Counted from the stretch's first letter, positions 38,707-50,359 are shown. The stretch is DNA of 63,049 nucleotides from an uncultured Dolosicoccus sp. (GCA_945278685.1 CALYPW010000001.1:1-63049), one strand, 5' to 3'. Numbers and translations: made by a program. Notes: generated from the sequence alone by a model not told the origin.

Positions 38707-39581
38707 GAAGAACAATGATGTTTGTTCCAGGTGCAAATCCAGCCATGCTTCGTGACGCACCGCTTTATCAAGCGGATTCGATCATGTTTGATTTGGAAGA
38801 CGCAGTTTCCTTAAATGAAAAAGACACTGCCCGTATGCTGGTTCATAATGCTTTAAAAACCATTGACTACGGAGACATTGAAACAGTTGTCCGTATTAAT
38901 GCCTTAGAAGACGGTGGAGACCAAGATGTTGAAGCAGTCATTCTAGGTGGTGTCAATGTCATTCGTTTACCGAAAACAGAGGATGCTCAAGACATCATCG
39001 ATGTTGAAAAAGTTATCCAGCGTGTCGAGAAAGAAAACGGCATCGAAGTTGGAACCACACGCATGATGGCAGCGATTGAATCTGCTACTGGTGTGTTAAA
39101 CGCCCGTGAGATCGCCCATTCCTCCGACCGTTTAATCGGAATTGCGATTGGTGCCGAAGATTACGTGACCAACTTAATGACCAAAAGAAGTCCTGAAGGA
39201 ACAGAACTATTCTTTGCACGTAGCATGATCTTACATGCCGCTCGAGACGCTGGCATTGCAGCCATCGATACGGTTTATTCTGATGTTGAGAACGAAGAAG
39301 GACTTCGTGCAGAAGTCCACCATATCAAGCAACTAGGATTCGACGGTAAATCTGTGATTAACCCACGACAAATTCCAGTTGTAAATGAAATCTATGCACC
39401 AACGGAGCAAGAGATTCAATCAGCCATCGATGTCATTCACGGAATTCGTGAAGCTGAAGCGCGTGGATCAGGAGTTATCTCGGTGAATGGACAAATGGTT
39501 GACAAGCCAATTGTCGAACGTGCAGAGCGTACCATCGCCCTAGCCAAATCTGCTGGTCTAATTACCGAGGAGGATATTTAA
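38694..39581 (+). CDS. citE: Citrate lyase beta subunit (citryl-ACP lyase)
   Basis: RRTMMFVPG, FDLEDAV, VVRIN, AIESA.G, GFDGKS.INPRQI. Confidence 0.96.
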   Translation: MDRLRRTMMFVPGANPAMLRDAPLYQADSIMFDLEDAVSLNEKDTARMLVHNALKTIDYGDIETVVRINALEDGGDQDVEAVILGGVNVIRLPKTEDAQDIIDVEKVIQRVEKENGIEVGTTRMMAAIESATGVLNAREIAHSSDRLIGIAIGAEDYVTNLMTKRSPEGTELFFARSMILHAARDAGIAAIDTVYSDVENEEGLRAEVHHIKQLGFDGKSVINPRQIPVVNEIYAPTEQEIQSAIDVIHGIREAEARGSGVISVNGQMVDKPIVERAERTIALAKSAGLITEEDI

Positions 39582-39582
39582 T

Positions 39583-41115
39583 ATGATTACAAACAAATTA
39601 GGTAGAGAGATTCCTCAAGAGCATGCTGATAAGTACGGAGTTTTCGAAGGAGCCTTTGAGAACATCAAACCCTACGAAGAATCCGTGCGTCAGATTAGAC
39701 CAGTGCTTCCTGGCGAGAAGAAACTTTTAGGAAGCATTCGCGAAGCCATTGAGAAGACGGGTCTAAAAGACGGCATGACCATTTCCTTCCACCATCATTT
39801 CCGTGAAGGAGACTATGTGCTAAACATGGTCATGGAAGAGATTGCAGCCATGGGGATTAAAGATATTTCCATCGCTCCTAGTTCCATCGCCAACGTTCAT
39901 GAGCCATTGATTGATCATATCAAGAATGGCGTCGTGACCAATATCACATCCAGTGGTTTGCGTGACAAGGTTGGAGCAGCGATTTCAGAAGGAATCATGG
40001 ACAACCCGGTCGTTATTCGTTCTCACGGAGGTCGTGCCCGCGCGGTTGCTACGGGCGACATCAAAATTGACGTCGCTTTCCTTGGGGCACCATCTTCTGA
40101 CGAATACGGAAATGCCAACGGAACACACGGAAAAGCTGTTTGTGGGTCCCTAGGTTATGCCATGGTTGATGCCAAGTACGCCGACCAAGTCGTCATCATC
40201 ACCGATACCTTGGTCAGCTATCCAAACATGCCGATCAGCATCCCTCAAACAGATGTTGATTACGTGGTAGAAGTTGATGCAATTGGAGATCCTAGCGGAA
40301 TTGCACAAGGAGCCACACGCTTCACGTCAGATCCAAAAGAATTAAAGATTGCTCAAAATGCCAACCGAGTCATTACAACATCTCCTTACTACAAAGAAGG
40401 TTTCTCTTTCCAAACAGGAACTGGAGGAGCATCATTGGCTGTTTCTCGCTACTTACGCGAAGATATGATCAAAGACGGAATCACTGCTGGTTTTGCTTTG
40501 GGTGGAATTACCAACCAAATGGTTCAATTGCTGGAAGAAGGTCTCGTCGAGAAGATCATTGATGTTCAAGACTTCGATGCCCCTTCTGGACAATCCATGG
40601 CGCGTAATGCCCAGCATTACGAAATTGATGCGAACTTCTACGCCTCACCAGGAAGTAAAGGATCTGCCATCAACCAATTAGACGTTGTGATTCTATCTGC
40701 TCTTGAAGTGGATACAGACTTTAACGTCAACGTCATGACAGGTTCAGACGGAGTCATCCGTGGAGCTTCCGGAGGTCACTGTGACACGGCAGCAGCAAGT
40801 AAGATGAGCTTAATCATCAGTCCGCTGGTTCGTGGACGTATCCCGACAGTTGTGGACAAAGTCAACACTGTCATTACTCCAGGAGAAAGTGTGGACGTGG
40901 TTGTTACCGAAATCGGTATTGCCATTAACCCTGCCCGCGAAGACCTGGTAGAAGCGTTTAAAGACATCGATGTTCCAAAGTTCACAATTGAAGAACTAAG
41001 AGAACGTGCCTATGCCATTGTAGGAACACCTGATGCGATTGAGTACGGAGACAAGACCGTTGCCTTGATCGAGTACCGTGATGGAACTCTGATCGACGTA
41101 GTCAACAATGTATAA
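39583..41115 (+). CDS. citF: Citrate lyase alpha subunit (citrate CoA-transferase)
   Basis: GMTISFHHHFREGD, RSHGGR, CGSLGYA, QTGTGG, GASGGHCD, EYRDGT.IDV. Confidence 0.96.
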   Translation: MITNKLGREIPQEHADKYGVFEGAFENIKPYEESVRQIRPVLPGEKKLLGSIREAIEKTGLKDGMTISFHHHFREGDYVLNMVMEEIAAMGIKDISIAPSSIANVHEPLIDHIKNGVVTNITSSGLRDKVGAAISEGIMDNPVVIRSHGGRARAVATGDIKIDVAFLGAPSSDEYGNANGTHGKAVCGSLGYAMVDAKYADQVVIITDTLVSYPNMPISIPQTDVDYVVEVDAIGDPSGIAQGATRFTSDPKELKIAQNANRVITTSPYYKEGFSFQTGTGGASLAVSRYLREDMIKDGITAGFALGGITNQMVQLLEEGLVEKIIDVQDFDAPSGQSMARNAQHYEIDANFYASPGSKGSAINQLDVVILSALEVDTDFNVNVMTGSDGVIRGASGGHCDTAAASKMSLIISPLVRGRIPTVVDKVNTVITPGESVDVVVTEIGIAINPAREDLVEAFKDIDVPKFTIEELRERAYAIVGTPDAIEYGDKTVALIEYRDGTLIDVVNNV

Positions 41116-41644
41116 AGAAATTTTCGAGGGTCCAAAAGTCAACGTCATCCAGATGCTTGATTCCCGCGACCAACGAGTGGAGCGACAAAGGCAATTACTT
41201 TTATCTGTTGCGGGTGGTTGCCTGCTGTCTCTCCATCTAAATATTCCAGGACCGGTCAAACAATCCCAAACGTTGCAAGAAGTTTTTGATGAAACAACCG
41301 CTTTTCTTCAAAAGCAACTACAATCCCTGAGTCGGGGAGATTTTGTAGTTGATCATGAAGTGACAGGATCCGGCGGATTTCTTCTCTTAAAAGGTGAACC
41401 TGAAACGGTTAAACGATTTTTGGTATCTCTTGAAGAAGAACATCCTTACGGGAGACTTTGGGACTTGGACTTGCTGTGGCTCGATGATAATCAGCAACTG
41501 GCAACCATTGGTCGTCAAGACCTCGGCTTACCGCCGAGAAAGTGTTTGCTTTGCCAAGCAAATGCCAAAGTATGTGGGCGCTCTAGACGACACTCCCTGG
41601 AAGAGCTCCAAGAGGCGATTGGTCAAATCGTCCAACAAAAGTAG
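41108..41644 (+). CDS. citX: Apo-citrate lyase phosphoribosyl-dephospho-CoA transferase
   Basis: ML..RD.R...Q, NIPGPVK, EE.HP.GRLWDLD, R.CLLC...A..C.RSR.H. Confidence 0.93.
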   Translation: MYKEIFEGPKVNVIQMLDSRDQRVERQRQLLLSVAGGCLLSLHLNIPGPVKQSQTLQEVFDETTAFLQKQLQSLSRGDFVVDHEVTGSGGFLLLKGEPETVKRFLVSLEEEHPYGRLWDLDLLWLDDNQQLATIGRQDLGLPPRKCLLCQANAKVCGRSRRHSLEELQEAIGQIVQQK

Positions 41645-41672
41645 ATGAAACCATCGATTCTTAGATATATAC

Positions 41673-41718
41673 AAATACCCCACAACCTTTTCATTCCGAA
41701 AGGTTGAGGGGTATTTTT
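41673..41718. terminator. Bidirectional terminator between citX and citC
   Basis: AAATACCCC.CAACCTTT...AAAGGTTG.GGGGTATTT. Confidence 0.75.
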
Positions 41719-41732
41719 AATGTTGAAAATGA

Positions 41733-42779
41733 TTAATGATGGGTCAGGTTCAGACAACTCTTGATGCGTTCAATAACTGGAGCCGCCTGTGGCGATTGTA
41801 AGTAAGCAAGGGTAGTTGCTGGAGTCGATGCTTCCACGAACTCCCAATCATCCTTGGCCACTGCCAAGCGAACGTTAGAAGCAGAGATGGCTTGGCCGTT
41901 TTGGGTTTTACGTGGCACAATGACCAATTCAATTCCTGCCTCGTCTAAGACCTCGGTAAGGACCTGGTTGTAGGTGGCCGTCATCTTGGAGTATGGCTCC
42001 TCGCCGACGTAACGCTTCTGGATATTCAAACGCTCAGCAATCTGTAAGAAGAGTTTGGCATCCAGCAAACTATGACCAGCAATGACAGCCTCGCTGTCTG
42101 CTTGGAAGTAGGAAGGAAAAGTTGCTTGAGAAATGATGTAATCTGCTGTTGGTTGAATAGTAAGGTTATCCAGATGTTGGCATGCCTCTTCGACCAACTG
42201 CCGACGAACGGTGTATGGGAAGATGCTGGCATCTTCTTCCAAGAGGAAAAGATGCACGTGGTCATTTTCAGCCGCGGCTTTCTCGATCAAGAATTGATGA
42301 CCCAAGGTAATGGGATTGCAATTCATCACAAGAGCGGCAATGGAATTGGCGCCAGCAGGAGCTGGAATTAGAGAATCTAAGTAGGACTGGAAACCGTCCC
42401 GTCGATTCTCCATGAAAACCAGATTTCCTTCCACGCGGCAAATTTCATAAAATCCTAATTGGCTGAAAAGTTGGCCGGAATCGATTTTTGTATAAAGAAA
42501 GAGATGGGTCAGTCCTTGCAGGGATAACTCGTTCACGAGATGGCTGACAATCCGATTCATCAACCCCTCACCTTGATGCTTGCTACTTACGGCAAGGCAC
42601 CGCAAAGTGTTGTGGAAGTAGGATCCGGTAGCAATGGCTTGTCCTTGACTATCAAAGATGGCGCAGGTGTAGTCCAGGTTCTGATCCAAACGAATATCTT
42701 CTTGAGCCAGAAGCTCTTTGATTTTATTTTGAGCAAAACGGTTGTTGGGAGTTACGGAGGTAATGGAATAGTTATACAT
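41733..42779 (-). CDS. citC: [Citrate (pro-3S)-lyase] ligase
   Basis: GNAT N-domain (LRCLAVS...QGEG), VMNCNPITLGH, YIIS.ATFPSYF, RYVGEEP, ISAS.VR. Confidence 0.95.
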   Translation of the reverse strand: MYNYSITSVTPNNRFAQNKIKELLAQEDIRLDQNLDYTCAIFDSQGQAIATGSYFHNTLRCLAVSSKHQGEGLMNRIVSHLVNELSLQGLTHLFLYTKIDSGQLFSQLGFYEICRVEGNLVFMENRRDGFQSYLDSLIPAPAGANSIAALVMNCNPITLGHQFLIEKAAAENDHVHLFLLEEDASIFPYTVRRQLVEEACQHLDNLTIQPTADYIISQATFPSYFQADSEAVIAGHSLLDAKLFLQIAERLNIQKRYVGEEPYSKMTATYNQVLTEVLDEAGIELVIVPRKTQNGQAISASNVRLAVAKDDWEFVEASTPATTLAYLQSPQAAPVIERIKSCLNLTHH

Positions 42780-42976
42780 GAAGACCTCACCTTTCGTTGA
42801 TATTATCGTTCACTAGGTATTATATCACACGCTAAAAGGTGCCAGTGTCTTCTAAGTGATTTTTTGCACAAAGGAAGAAGGTTGCAGAGGTTAAACATTA
42901 AAAAAACAGAAGTCTTCTATTATTGATTCCGAAGGAATTGTGATAGAATAAGCATGAAAACAAAGGAGGCGAAGAA

Positions 42977-43342
42977 ATGTCACAAAGCCAAGAAGATTAC
43001 ATGAAGTTCATCCATAAATACGGTGAAGGGGACTACGTATCCAACAAACATATCTCTGAAGGTTTACTCGTCGCACCTTCTTCTGTGAGTGAAATGATCA
43101 GTCGATTAGACCGAGATGGTTTGGTGGATTATCGGCCTTACCACGGCGCGAAACTCACACAAAGAGGCCAGGAGCGAGCCCAAGCCATTATTCGTAAACA
43201 TTTAATTTGGGAGTATCTTTTGGAAACGAAATTAGGATACGCTAAAGATGAGGTCCATGATTTGGCGGAAGTGTTGGAACATGCCACGCCGGCTGATTTG
43301 GCGGATCGTCTAGCAGAGTTTATCGAATACCCCGAAGATTAA
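42977..43342 (+). CDS. Short DtxR/MntR-family metal-dependent regulator (no FeoA domain)
   Basis: EDYMK.I, HTH V.PSSVSEM, Y.GA.LT..G, RKH..WE, AE.LEH. Confidence 0.85.
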   Translation: MSQSQEDYMKFIHKYGEGDYVSNKHISEGLLVAPSSVSEMISRLDRDGLVDYRPYHGAKLTQRGQERAQAIIRKHLIWEYLLETKLGYAKDEVHDLAEVLEHATPADLADRLAEFIEYPED

Positions 43343-43453
43343 CCAGTGACCAACTTTCTCAGAAGAGTTGGCTTTTGTTTTGTCTTCTTGTAGAAGGAAA
43401 TATGAATAAATTCGATGAATTTAAATATTTTCGCAAATAATTCGCAGAAACTC

Positions 43454-43483
43454 TTGACGAACCTCGGGTGGCCATGCTATATT
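43454..43483 (+). promoter_or_regulatory. str operon promoter
   Basis: TTGACG-N18-TATATT with an extended TG. Confidence 0.65.
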
Positions 43484-43645
43484 AATTAAGGTGTTTTTAT
43501 CAACAGATTCCTGTTTGCCAGTCGTGTTGACTGCATAAAAGCACTTCGACATTGCAACGTATGATGCGTTGCAAGGTGTTTTTAAAAATATGACACACGG
43601 GGAAGTGTGGACCATGAAGCATAAATAGAAAGGAGTAATTAGCAA

Positions 43646-44059
43646 ATGCCAACAATTAACCAATTGCTTAGAAAACCGCGTAAAAGCCAACAAAGTAAGA
43701 CTTATTCACCAGCTTTAGGGAGAGGTTACAACAGTTCCAAGCGTCGTCAAACTCGCTACAACTCACCACAAAAACGTGGCGTATGTACGCGTGTAGGGAC
43801 AATGACTCCAAAGAAACCGAACTCAGCGCTACGTAAGTACGCACGTGTTCGTTTATCAAACTTAATGGAAGTTACTGCTTACATCCCAGGGATCGGACAC
43901 AACTTGCAAGAGCACAGTGTTGTCTTAATCCGTGGAGGACGAGTCAAGGACTTGCCAGGGGTACGTTATCACATCGTTCGTGGGGCACTTGATACAGCAG
44001 GTGTTGAAGGACGCATGCAAGGTCGTTCTAAATATGGAGCTAAGAGACCAAGAGGCTAA
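43646..44059 (+). CDS. rpsL: 30S ribosomal protein S12
   Basis: [26 protein letters not shown]. Confidence 0.99.
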   Translation: MPTINQLLRKPRKSQQSKTYSPALGRGYNSSKRRQTRYNSPQKRGVCTRVGTMTPKKPNSALRKYARVRLSNLMEVTAYIPGIGHNLQEHSVVLIRGGRVKDLPGVRYHIVRGALDTAGVEGRMQGRSKYGAKRPRG

Positions 44060-44115
44060 TCAAAAGCCTTCTATCTATAAGAAGAAAATAAAACAATATG
44101 AAAGGAGGATTTTGA

Positions 44116-44586
44116 ATGCCTCGTAAAGGACCAGTTGCAAAACGTGAAGTTTTGGCAGATCCAATTTACAACTCAAAGCTTGTCACTCGCACAATCAACC
44201 GTATCATGGTTGACGGGAAACGTGGACAAGCGGCTACAATTTTATACTCGGCGTTTGAAATCGTTAAAGAACAAACTGGACAAGACCCAATGGAAGTTTT
44301 CGAACAAGCAATCGAAAACATCATGCCATTATTAGAGGTACGTGCCCGTCGAGTTGGAGGATCCAACTACCAAGTTCCGGTAGAGGTTCGTCCAGAGCGT
44401 CGTTACATGTTAGCTATCCGATGGTTAGTCAGTTACGCACGTTTACGTGGAGAAAAGTCAATGGAATTGCGTTTGGCACGTGAAATCATGGATGCGGCCA
44501 ACAATACAGGTGCAGCCGTAAGACAGCGTGAAGAAATGCACCGAATGGCAGAAGCCAACAAAGCTTTTGCGCATTACCGTTGGTAA
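44116..44586 (+). CDS. rpsG: 30S ribosomal protein S7
   Basis: [23 protein letters not shown]. Confidence 0.99.
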   Translation: MPRKGPVAKREVLADPIYNSKLVTRTINRIMVDGKRGQAATILYSAFEIVKEQTGQDPMEVFEQAIENIMPLLEVRARRVGGSNYQVPVEVRPERRYMLAIRWLVSYARLRGEKSMELRLAREIMDAANNTGAAVRQREEMHRMAEANKAFAHYRW

Positions 44587-44679
44587 TTTGAAACAAATAG
44601 AAACGATTGTCGAAGGTCGTTCTATTTCCATAATTTATAATGCAAACAGCAGATCGACAATAAAAAGGGGTAAAATTAC

Positions 44680-46764
44680 ATGGCAAAAAGAGAGTTTTCG
44701 CTAGAGAATACTCGTAACATTGGTATTATGGCCCACATTGACGCTGGTAAAACAACTACAACAGAACGTATCTTGTATTACACAGGACGTATCCACCAAA
44801 CGGGAGAAACACACGATGGTGGAGCAACGATGGACTTCATGGAGCAAGAACAAGAGCGTGGAATCACGATCACTTCTGCTGCTACCACTGCTCAGTGGGA
44901 TGGTCACCGTATAAATATTATTGATACACCAGGACACGTGGACTTCACGGTTGAAGTAGAACGTTCATTGCGTGTTCTTGACGGAGCGGTTGCTTTATTA
45001 GATGCGTCATCTGGGGTTGAACCACAAACTGAAACAGTTTGGCGTCAAGCAACTACCTATAAGGTTCCACGCTTAGTTCTAGTGAACAAGATGGATACCG
45101 TTGGTGCCGACTTCTTGGCTGCGACTGAAACTCTGCATGACCGCTTACAGGCAAATGCACACCCAGTTCAAATGCCAATCGGTGCTGAGAATGACTTTGT
45201 TGGAATTATCGACTTAGTCAAGATGGAAGCGTGGCAGTACAATGATGACCTTGGAAAAGATATTGAGCAAATCGATATTCCAGCGGAATTGGAAGACCAA
45301 GCCAATGAGTTAAGAGAACGACTTGTTGAAGCGATTGCAGACGTTAATGAAGATGTCATGATGTCTTACCTTGAAGGTGAAGAAATCGATAACGATACAT
45401 TGATGAACGCAATCCGCGAAGCAACACTTGCGGTAGAGTTCTACCCAGTTTTCTGTGGATCAGCCTTCAAGAACAAAGGTGTTCAACTACTTCTAGACGG
45501 TGTTATCAACTACCTACCAGCACCAACTGATGTGCCACCAATCGTAGGTGTCGACACTGACACAGGTGAAGAAGTGACACGTCCTGCAGACGACAACGGA
45601 CCTTTCGCTGCGTTAGCGTTCAAGGTAATGACGGACCCATATGTTGGTCGTTTAACTTTCTTCCGTGTCTACTCAGGAACTCTTGATGCCGGTTCATATG
45701 TGCGCAACTCCTCAACAGATTCCCGGGAGCGTATCGGACGAATCCTGGAGATGCACGCTAATGACCGTAAAGAGATCCCAACTGTTTACTCAGGAGACAT
45801 CGCTGCTGCCATTGGTTTGCGTAACACGGCAACTGGAGATACTTTAGTCGCTGAAGGTGACAATATCATCTTAGAGTCAATGGAATTCCCAGAGCCAGTC
45901 ATTAACGTTGCGATTGAACCTGATTCAAAAGCTGACCAAGACAGAATGTCTCAAGCGTTAGTTCGACTAGCAGAAGAAGATCCGACCTTCCAAGCATCTA
46001 CAGATGAGGAAACCGGTCAGACAATCATCGCTGGTATGGGAGAATTGCACTTAGACGTTATCGTTGACCGCTTACAGCGTGAGTTCAACGTCTCGGCGAC
46101 CATTGGTGCACCTCAAGTTTCTTACCGCGAGACTTTCCAAAAAGCAACAGAAGCAGAAGGAAAGTTCATTCGTCAATCTGGTGGACGTGGACAATACGGA
46201 CACGTATGGATCGAATTTGCACCGAATGAAGAAGGTGCCGGATTTGAATTCGTAGACGCAATTGTTGGAGGAGTTGTTCCTAGAGAATACATTCCAGCGG
46301 TTGAAGCAGGTCTTGAAGATGCACTTCAAAACGGGGTTCTTGCAGGATTCCCGTTGGTGGACATCAAGGCAAAGCTTTTCGATGGATCCTACCACGATGT
46401 GGACTCCAACGAGACAGCTTACAAAGTGGCCGCGTCATTGGCGCTGCGTGAAGCGGCAAAGACTGCAGATCCAGTGATCTTAGAGCCAATGATGGCAGTT
46501 GACATCATTGTTCCTGAGGAATACTTAGGAGATGTTATGGGGCACGTTAATGCACGCCGTGGACGAATTGATGGAACGGAACAACGTGGTAACGCTCAAG
46601 TTATCCATGCCTATGTCCCGCTTTCAGAAATGTTCGGATACGCAACAACCTTGCGTTCAGCATCTCAAGGACGAGGAACCTTCGTCATGGTCTTTGACCA
46701 CTACGCACCAGTTCCGAAATCTGTTGGAGAAGAAATCATTGCACAATATGGTGGATCTAACTAA
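44680..46764 (+). CDS. fusA: Elongation factor G
   Basis: [34 protein letters not shown]. Confidence 0.99.
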   Translation: MAKREFSLENTRNIGIMAHIDAGKTTTTERILYYTGRIHQTGETHDGGATMDFMEQEQERGITITSAATTAQWDGHRINIIDTPGHVDFTVEVERSLRVLDGAVALLDASSGVEPQTETVWRQATTYKVPRLVLVNKMDTVGADFLAATETLHDRLQANAHPVQMPIGAENDFVGIIDLVKMEAWQYNDDLGKDIEQIDIPAELEDQANELRERLVEAIADVNEDVMMSYLEGEEIDNDTLMNAIREATLAVEFYPVFCGSAFKNKGVQLLLDGVINYLPAPTDVPPIVGVDTDTGEEVTRPADDNGPFAALAFKVMTDPYVGRLTFFRVYSGTLDAGSYVRNSSTDSRERIGRILEMHANDRKEIPTVYSGDIAAAIGLRNTATGDTLVAEGDNIILESMEFPEPVINVAIEPDSKADQDRMSQALVRLAEEDPTFQASTDEETGQTIIAGMGELHLDVIVDRLQREFNVSATIGAPQVSYRETFQKATEAEGKFIRQSGGRGQYGHVWIEFAPNEEGAGFEFVDAIVGGVVPREYIPAVEAGLEDALQNGVLAGFPLVDIKAKLFDGSYHDVDSNETAYKVAASLALREAAKTADPVILEPMMAVDIIVPEEYLGDVMGHVNARRGRIDGTEQRGNAQVIHAYVPLSEMFGYATTLRSASQGRGTFVMVFDHYAPVPKSVGEEIIAQYGGSN

Positions 46765-46818
46765 TTCATCATCGTCAGTGAATGAATGAAAATAAACGCA
46801 GAAACAAAGATAAACTGG

Positions 46819-46847
46819 TTGAAACCACCTTTGTTTCTCTGTATACT
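46819..46847 (+). promoter_or_regulatory. Internal tuf promoter
   Basis: TTGAAA-N17-TATACT, overlapping the inverted repeat AGAAACAAAG/CTTTGTTTCT. Confidence 0.7.
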
Positions 46848-46912
46848 AAAAACGAATAGGGCATTTATCCTATTAAATGACTTTCAAATTCTTTAGGAGG
46901 AATTTATTTAAA

Positions 46913-48097
46913 ATGGCAAGAGAACAATTTGAACGTACAAAGCCGCACGTTAACGTCGGTACAATCGGACACGTTGACCACGGTAAAACGACAACATCTG
47001 CAGCGATCGCTACAGTTTTAGCTAAGCGTGTAGGTGGAGAAGCTCAAGACTACGCAGCGATTGACGCAGCGCCAGAAGAGCAAGAACGTGGAATCACAAT
47101 CAACACGTCACATATCGAATACGAAACAGAGAAACGTCACTACGCACACATTGACGCGCCAGGACATGCTGACTATGTTAAAAACATGATCACAGGTGCT
47201 GCGCAAATGGACGGTGCGATCTTAGTTGTTTCTGCAGCTGACGGACCAATGCCACAAACACGTGAGCATATCTTGTTATCACGTCAAGTTGGTGTTCCTT
47301 ACATCGTTGTTTACTTAAACAAAGTAGACATGGTGGATGACGAAGAATTACTAGAATTAGTTGAAATGGAAGTTCGTGAGCTATTATCAGAATACGACTT
47401 CCCAGGTGATGACATTCCTGTAATCGTTGGTTCATCATTGAAAGCACTTGAAGGTGTTGAAGAGTATGAAGACAAAATCATGGAATTAATGGAAGCTGTC
47501 GACTCATACATTCCAGAACCAGAACGTGACACAGATCAGCCATTCATGATGCCAGTTGAAGACGTCTTCTCAATCTCAGGACGTGGAACTGTTGCAACAG
47601 GACGTGTTGAACGTGGAATCGTTAAAGTCGGTGACACTGTTGACATTGTTGGTCTAGAAGATACAAAACAAACAACAGTTACCGGAGTAGAAATGTTCCG
47701 TAAGATGATGGATCAAGCTGAAGCTGGGGACAACATCGGAGCGTTACTACGTGGAGTTTCTCGTGACGACATCCAACGTGGACAGGTTTTAGCTGCACCA
47801 GGATCAATCACAGCTCACACAAAATTCGAAGCTGAAGTTTACGTATTGTCAACAGAAGAAGGTGGACGTCATACGCCATTCTTCGACAATTACCGCCCAC
47901 AATTCTACTTCCGTACAACAGACGTTACAGGAATTGTTAAGTTGCCAGAAGGGACCGAAATGGTTATGCCTGGTGACAACGTCACAATCGACGTAGAGTT
48001 AATTCACCCAGTAGCGGTTGAAGAAGGAACAAACTTCTCTATCCGTGAAGGTGGACGTACAGTTGGTGCTGGAGTTATTACAAAGATTACTGAGTAA
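46913..48097 (+). CDS. tuf: Elongation factor Tu
   Basis: [31 protein letters not shown]; AGGAGG before ATG 46913. Confidence 0.99.
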   Translation: MAREQFERTKPHVNVGTIGHVDHGKTTTSAAIATVLAKRVGGEAQDYAAIDAAPEEQERGITINTSHIEYETEKRHYAHIDAPGHADYVKNMITGAAQMDGAILVVSAADGPMPQTREHILLSRQVGVPYIVVYLNKVDMVDDEELLELVEMEVRELLSEYDFPGDDIPVIVGSSLKALEGVEEYEDKIMELMEAVDSYIPEPERDTDQPFMMPVEDVFSISGRGTVATGRVERGIVKVGDTVDIVGLEDTKQTTVTGVEMFRKMMDQAEAGDNIGALLRGVSRDDIQRGQVLAAPGSITAHTKFEAEVYVLSTEEGGRHTPFFDNYRPQFYFRTTDVTGIVKLPEGTEMVMPGDNVTIDVELIHPVAVEEGTNFSIREGGRTVGAGVITKITE

Positions 48098-48127
48098 TCA
48101 ACTCTTTACCCAATTAAACCAGAGATT

Positions 48128-48165
48128 AAACACTCTCGAAATTATTTCGGGAGTGTTTTTCTTTG
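48128..48165 (+). terminator. Terminator after tuf
   Basis: AAACACTCTCGAAA..TTTCGGGAGTGTTT followed by a T-run. Confidence 0.85.
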
Positions 48166-48223
48166 GTTTAAGAAAATTATTCTCAAAAAACGTGAAAAAA
48201 CTTAAAGAAAAGCCGATTAAAGC

Positions 48224-48395
48224 TTGATTCTTCAAGTTGTTTCTTATATAATGATCGCTGTGCCAAGAAGTAATAAGCAATTTTTATTGTTACTTAACTG
48301 GCAAATATACATTTAGCAATGAATTGAGAGGTTGTGACACGCTCGGATGCGTTGCCAACGCCGAGGAAGTCAGAAATTTTCAAGGAGCTAGTCAT
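48224..48395 (+). promoter_or_regulatory. S10 operon promoter and structured leader (putative ribosomal-protein autoregulatory RNA)
   Basis: TTGATT-N17-TATAAT (48224-48252), TGCCA..TGGCA hairpin, and a GAGAGGTTG.GACAC...TTGCCA...AAATTTT..GGAGCTAGTC block resembling Firmicute S10 leaders. Confidence 0.65.
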
Positions 48396-48424
48396 TTTAT
48401 GAATTTGACGAAGGAGGAATACAT

Positions 48425-48733
48425 ATGGCAAAACAAAAAATCCGTATCCGCTTAAAGGCATACGAACATCGTGCGTTAGATTTATCAGCGAACAAAATTA
48501 TCGAAGCAGCTCAAAGAACAGGGGCACAGACAGCAGGTCCAATCCCACTACCAACAGAGCGTTCAATCTATACAGTGATTCGTTCACCGCACGTCAACAA
48601 AGACTCACGTGAACAGTTCGAAATGCGCACACATAAACGTCTAATTGACATTATTGAGCCAACATCAAAGACAGTCGATGCATTAATGCGTTTAGACTTA
48701 CCATCTGGTGTTGACGTAGAAATCAAATTATAA
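48425..48733 (+). CDS. rpsJ: 30S ribosomal protein S10
   Basis: [30 protein letters not shown]. Confidence 0.99.
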   Translation: MAKQKIRIRLKAYEHRALDLSANKIIEAAQRTGAQTAGPIPLPTERSIYTVIRSPHVNKDSREQFEMRTHKRLIDIIEPTSKTVDALMRLDLPSGVDVEIKL

Positions 48734-48759
48734 AATATAAAATAAATGGAGGTGTACTC

Positions 48760-49389
48760 ATGGCCACAAAAGGAATCTTAGGAAGAAAAGTTGGGATGAC
48801 CCAATATTTCACTGACAATGGAGAATTAATCCCAGTAACAGTAATTGAATCCACACCGAACGTTGTTCTACAAGTTAAAACTGAAGAAAACGATGGTTAC
48901 GAAGCAATTCAACTTGGATATCAAGACATGCGTGAAGTGTTGGCGAACAGACCAGCCAAAGGTCATGTAGCAAAAGCAAATACTACTCCTAAGCGCTTCA
49001 TTCGCGAGTTTCGTGATGTAGAGCTTGGAGATTATGAAATCGGACAAGAAGTCACAGTCGAAACTTTCGAAGCTGGTGACATCGTTGATGTAACGGGTAC
49101 ATCAAAAGGAAAAGGATACCAAGGTGTCGTCAAACGTCATAATCACAAGATTGGATTCATGTCACATGGTTCTCGTTTCCACCGTTCTCCAGGAGCAATG
49201 GCGATGGCAGCAACACCAAGTCGTGTTCTAAAAGGTAAAAAGCTTGCAGGACAAATGGGCGGTAACAAAGTTACAATCCAAAACTTAGAAGTTGTCGCTG
49301 TTGACACAGATAATAACGTTATCTTAATCAAAGGTAATGTTCCTGGAGCCAAAAAGTCTCTAGTAGAAATTAAAACAGCAGTTAAATAA
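48760..49389 (+). CDS. rplC: 50S ribosomal protein L3
   Basis: [26 protein letters not shown]. Confidence 0.99.
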   Translation: MATKGILGRKVGMTQYFTDNGELIPVTVIESTPNVVLQVKTEENDGYEAIQLGYQDMREVLANRPAKGHVAKANTTPKRFIREFRDVELGDYEIGQEVTVETFEAGDIVDVTGTSKGKGYQGVVKRHNHKIGFMSHGSRFHRSPGAMAMAATPSRVLKGKKLAGQMGGNKVTIQNLEVVAVDTDNNVILIKGNVPGAKKSLVEIKTAVK

Positions 49390-49412
49390 TTAATTAGAGG
49401 GGAGGAACGAGA

Positions 49413-50036
49413 ATGACGAAAATTACAGTATTAAACCAAGACGGATCAACAAACGGAGACATTGAATTAAACGAAGCAGTTTTCGGTGTAGAACCTAACG
49501 ATGCCGTCGTGTTCGAAGCAATCGTTATGCAACAAGCATCACAAAGACAAGGAACACAATCCACAAAGACCAGAACTGAAGTTCGTGGGGGTGGACGTAA
49601 GCCTTGGAGACAAAAAGGAACTGGACGTGCCCGTGTTGGATCAACACGCAGCCCAATCTGGGTAGGTGGAGGAGTCGCTTTAGGACCCAAACCACGCTCA
49701 TACCAGTACAACTTGAACAAGAAACAACGTCGCATTGCCATTACTTCGGTGTTATCACAAAAAGTAATCGACGACGCATTAATCGTTGTAGAAGGCTTAT
49801 CTTTCGAAGCACCAAAAACAAAGGCTTTCGCAGATGTGTTAGCAAACCTTGACGTTGATTCGAAAGTATTAGTTGTTCTTGAAGCAAGCAACAACAACGC
49901 ATACTTATCAGCACGTAACATTCCAGATGTGAAAGTGATTGATGACCAAAATATTAACGTATTAGACGTTGTTCACGCAGATAAAGTGATCTTCACTAAA
50001 GAAGCACTAGCAACAGTAGAGGAGGCTTTAGCATAA
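49413..50036 (+). CDS. rplD: 50S ribosomal protein L4
   Basis: [16 protein letters not shown]. Confidence 0.99.
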   Translation: MTKITVLNQDGSTNGDIELNEAVFGVEPNDAVVFEAIVMQQASQRQGTQSTKTRTEVRGGGRKPWRQKGTGRARVGSTRSPIWVGGGVALGPKPRSYQYNLNKKQRRIAITSVLSQKVIDDALIVVEGLSFEAPKTKAFADVLANLDVDSKVLVVLEASNNNAYLSARNIPDVKVIDDQNINVLDVVHADKVIFTKEALATVEEALA

Positions 50037-50332
50037 TGCATTTATCAGAAGTAATCTTACGTCCGGTAATCACAGAGCAATCTATGCTAGCCATGGACGA
50101 CAGAAAATACACTTTCGAAGTTGATCGTCGCGCTAACAAAGCTCAAATCCGTCAAGCGGTTGAAGCAATGTTCGACGGTGTTAAAGTAGATAAAGTCAAC
50201 ACAATCAACGTAAAGCCAAAAGCAAAGCGCATGGGTCGCTATGAAGGCTATACTAGAAGAGCTAAGAAAGCAATCGTAACATTAACGGAAGGCTCACAAG
50301 CCATCGACTTATTCGCTTCAGAAGAAGAATAA
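50036..50332 (+). CDS. rplW: 50S ribosomal protein L23
   Basis: RPVITE, KYTFEVD, KKAIVTL. Confidence 0.98.
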   Translation: MHLSEVILRPVITEQSMLAMDDRKYTFEVDRRANKAQIRQAVEAMFDGVKVDKVNTINVKPKAKRMGRYEGYTRRAKKAIVTLTEGSQAIDLFASEEE

Positions 50333-50359
50333 GTACTAATTAAATAGGAGGTAATATAC

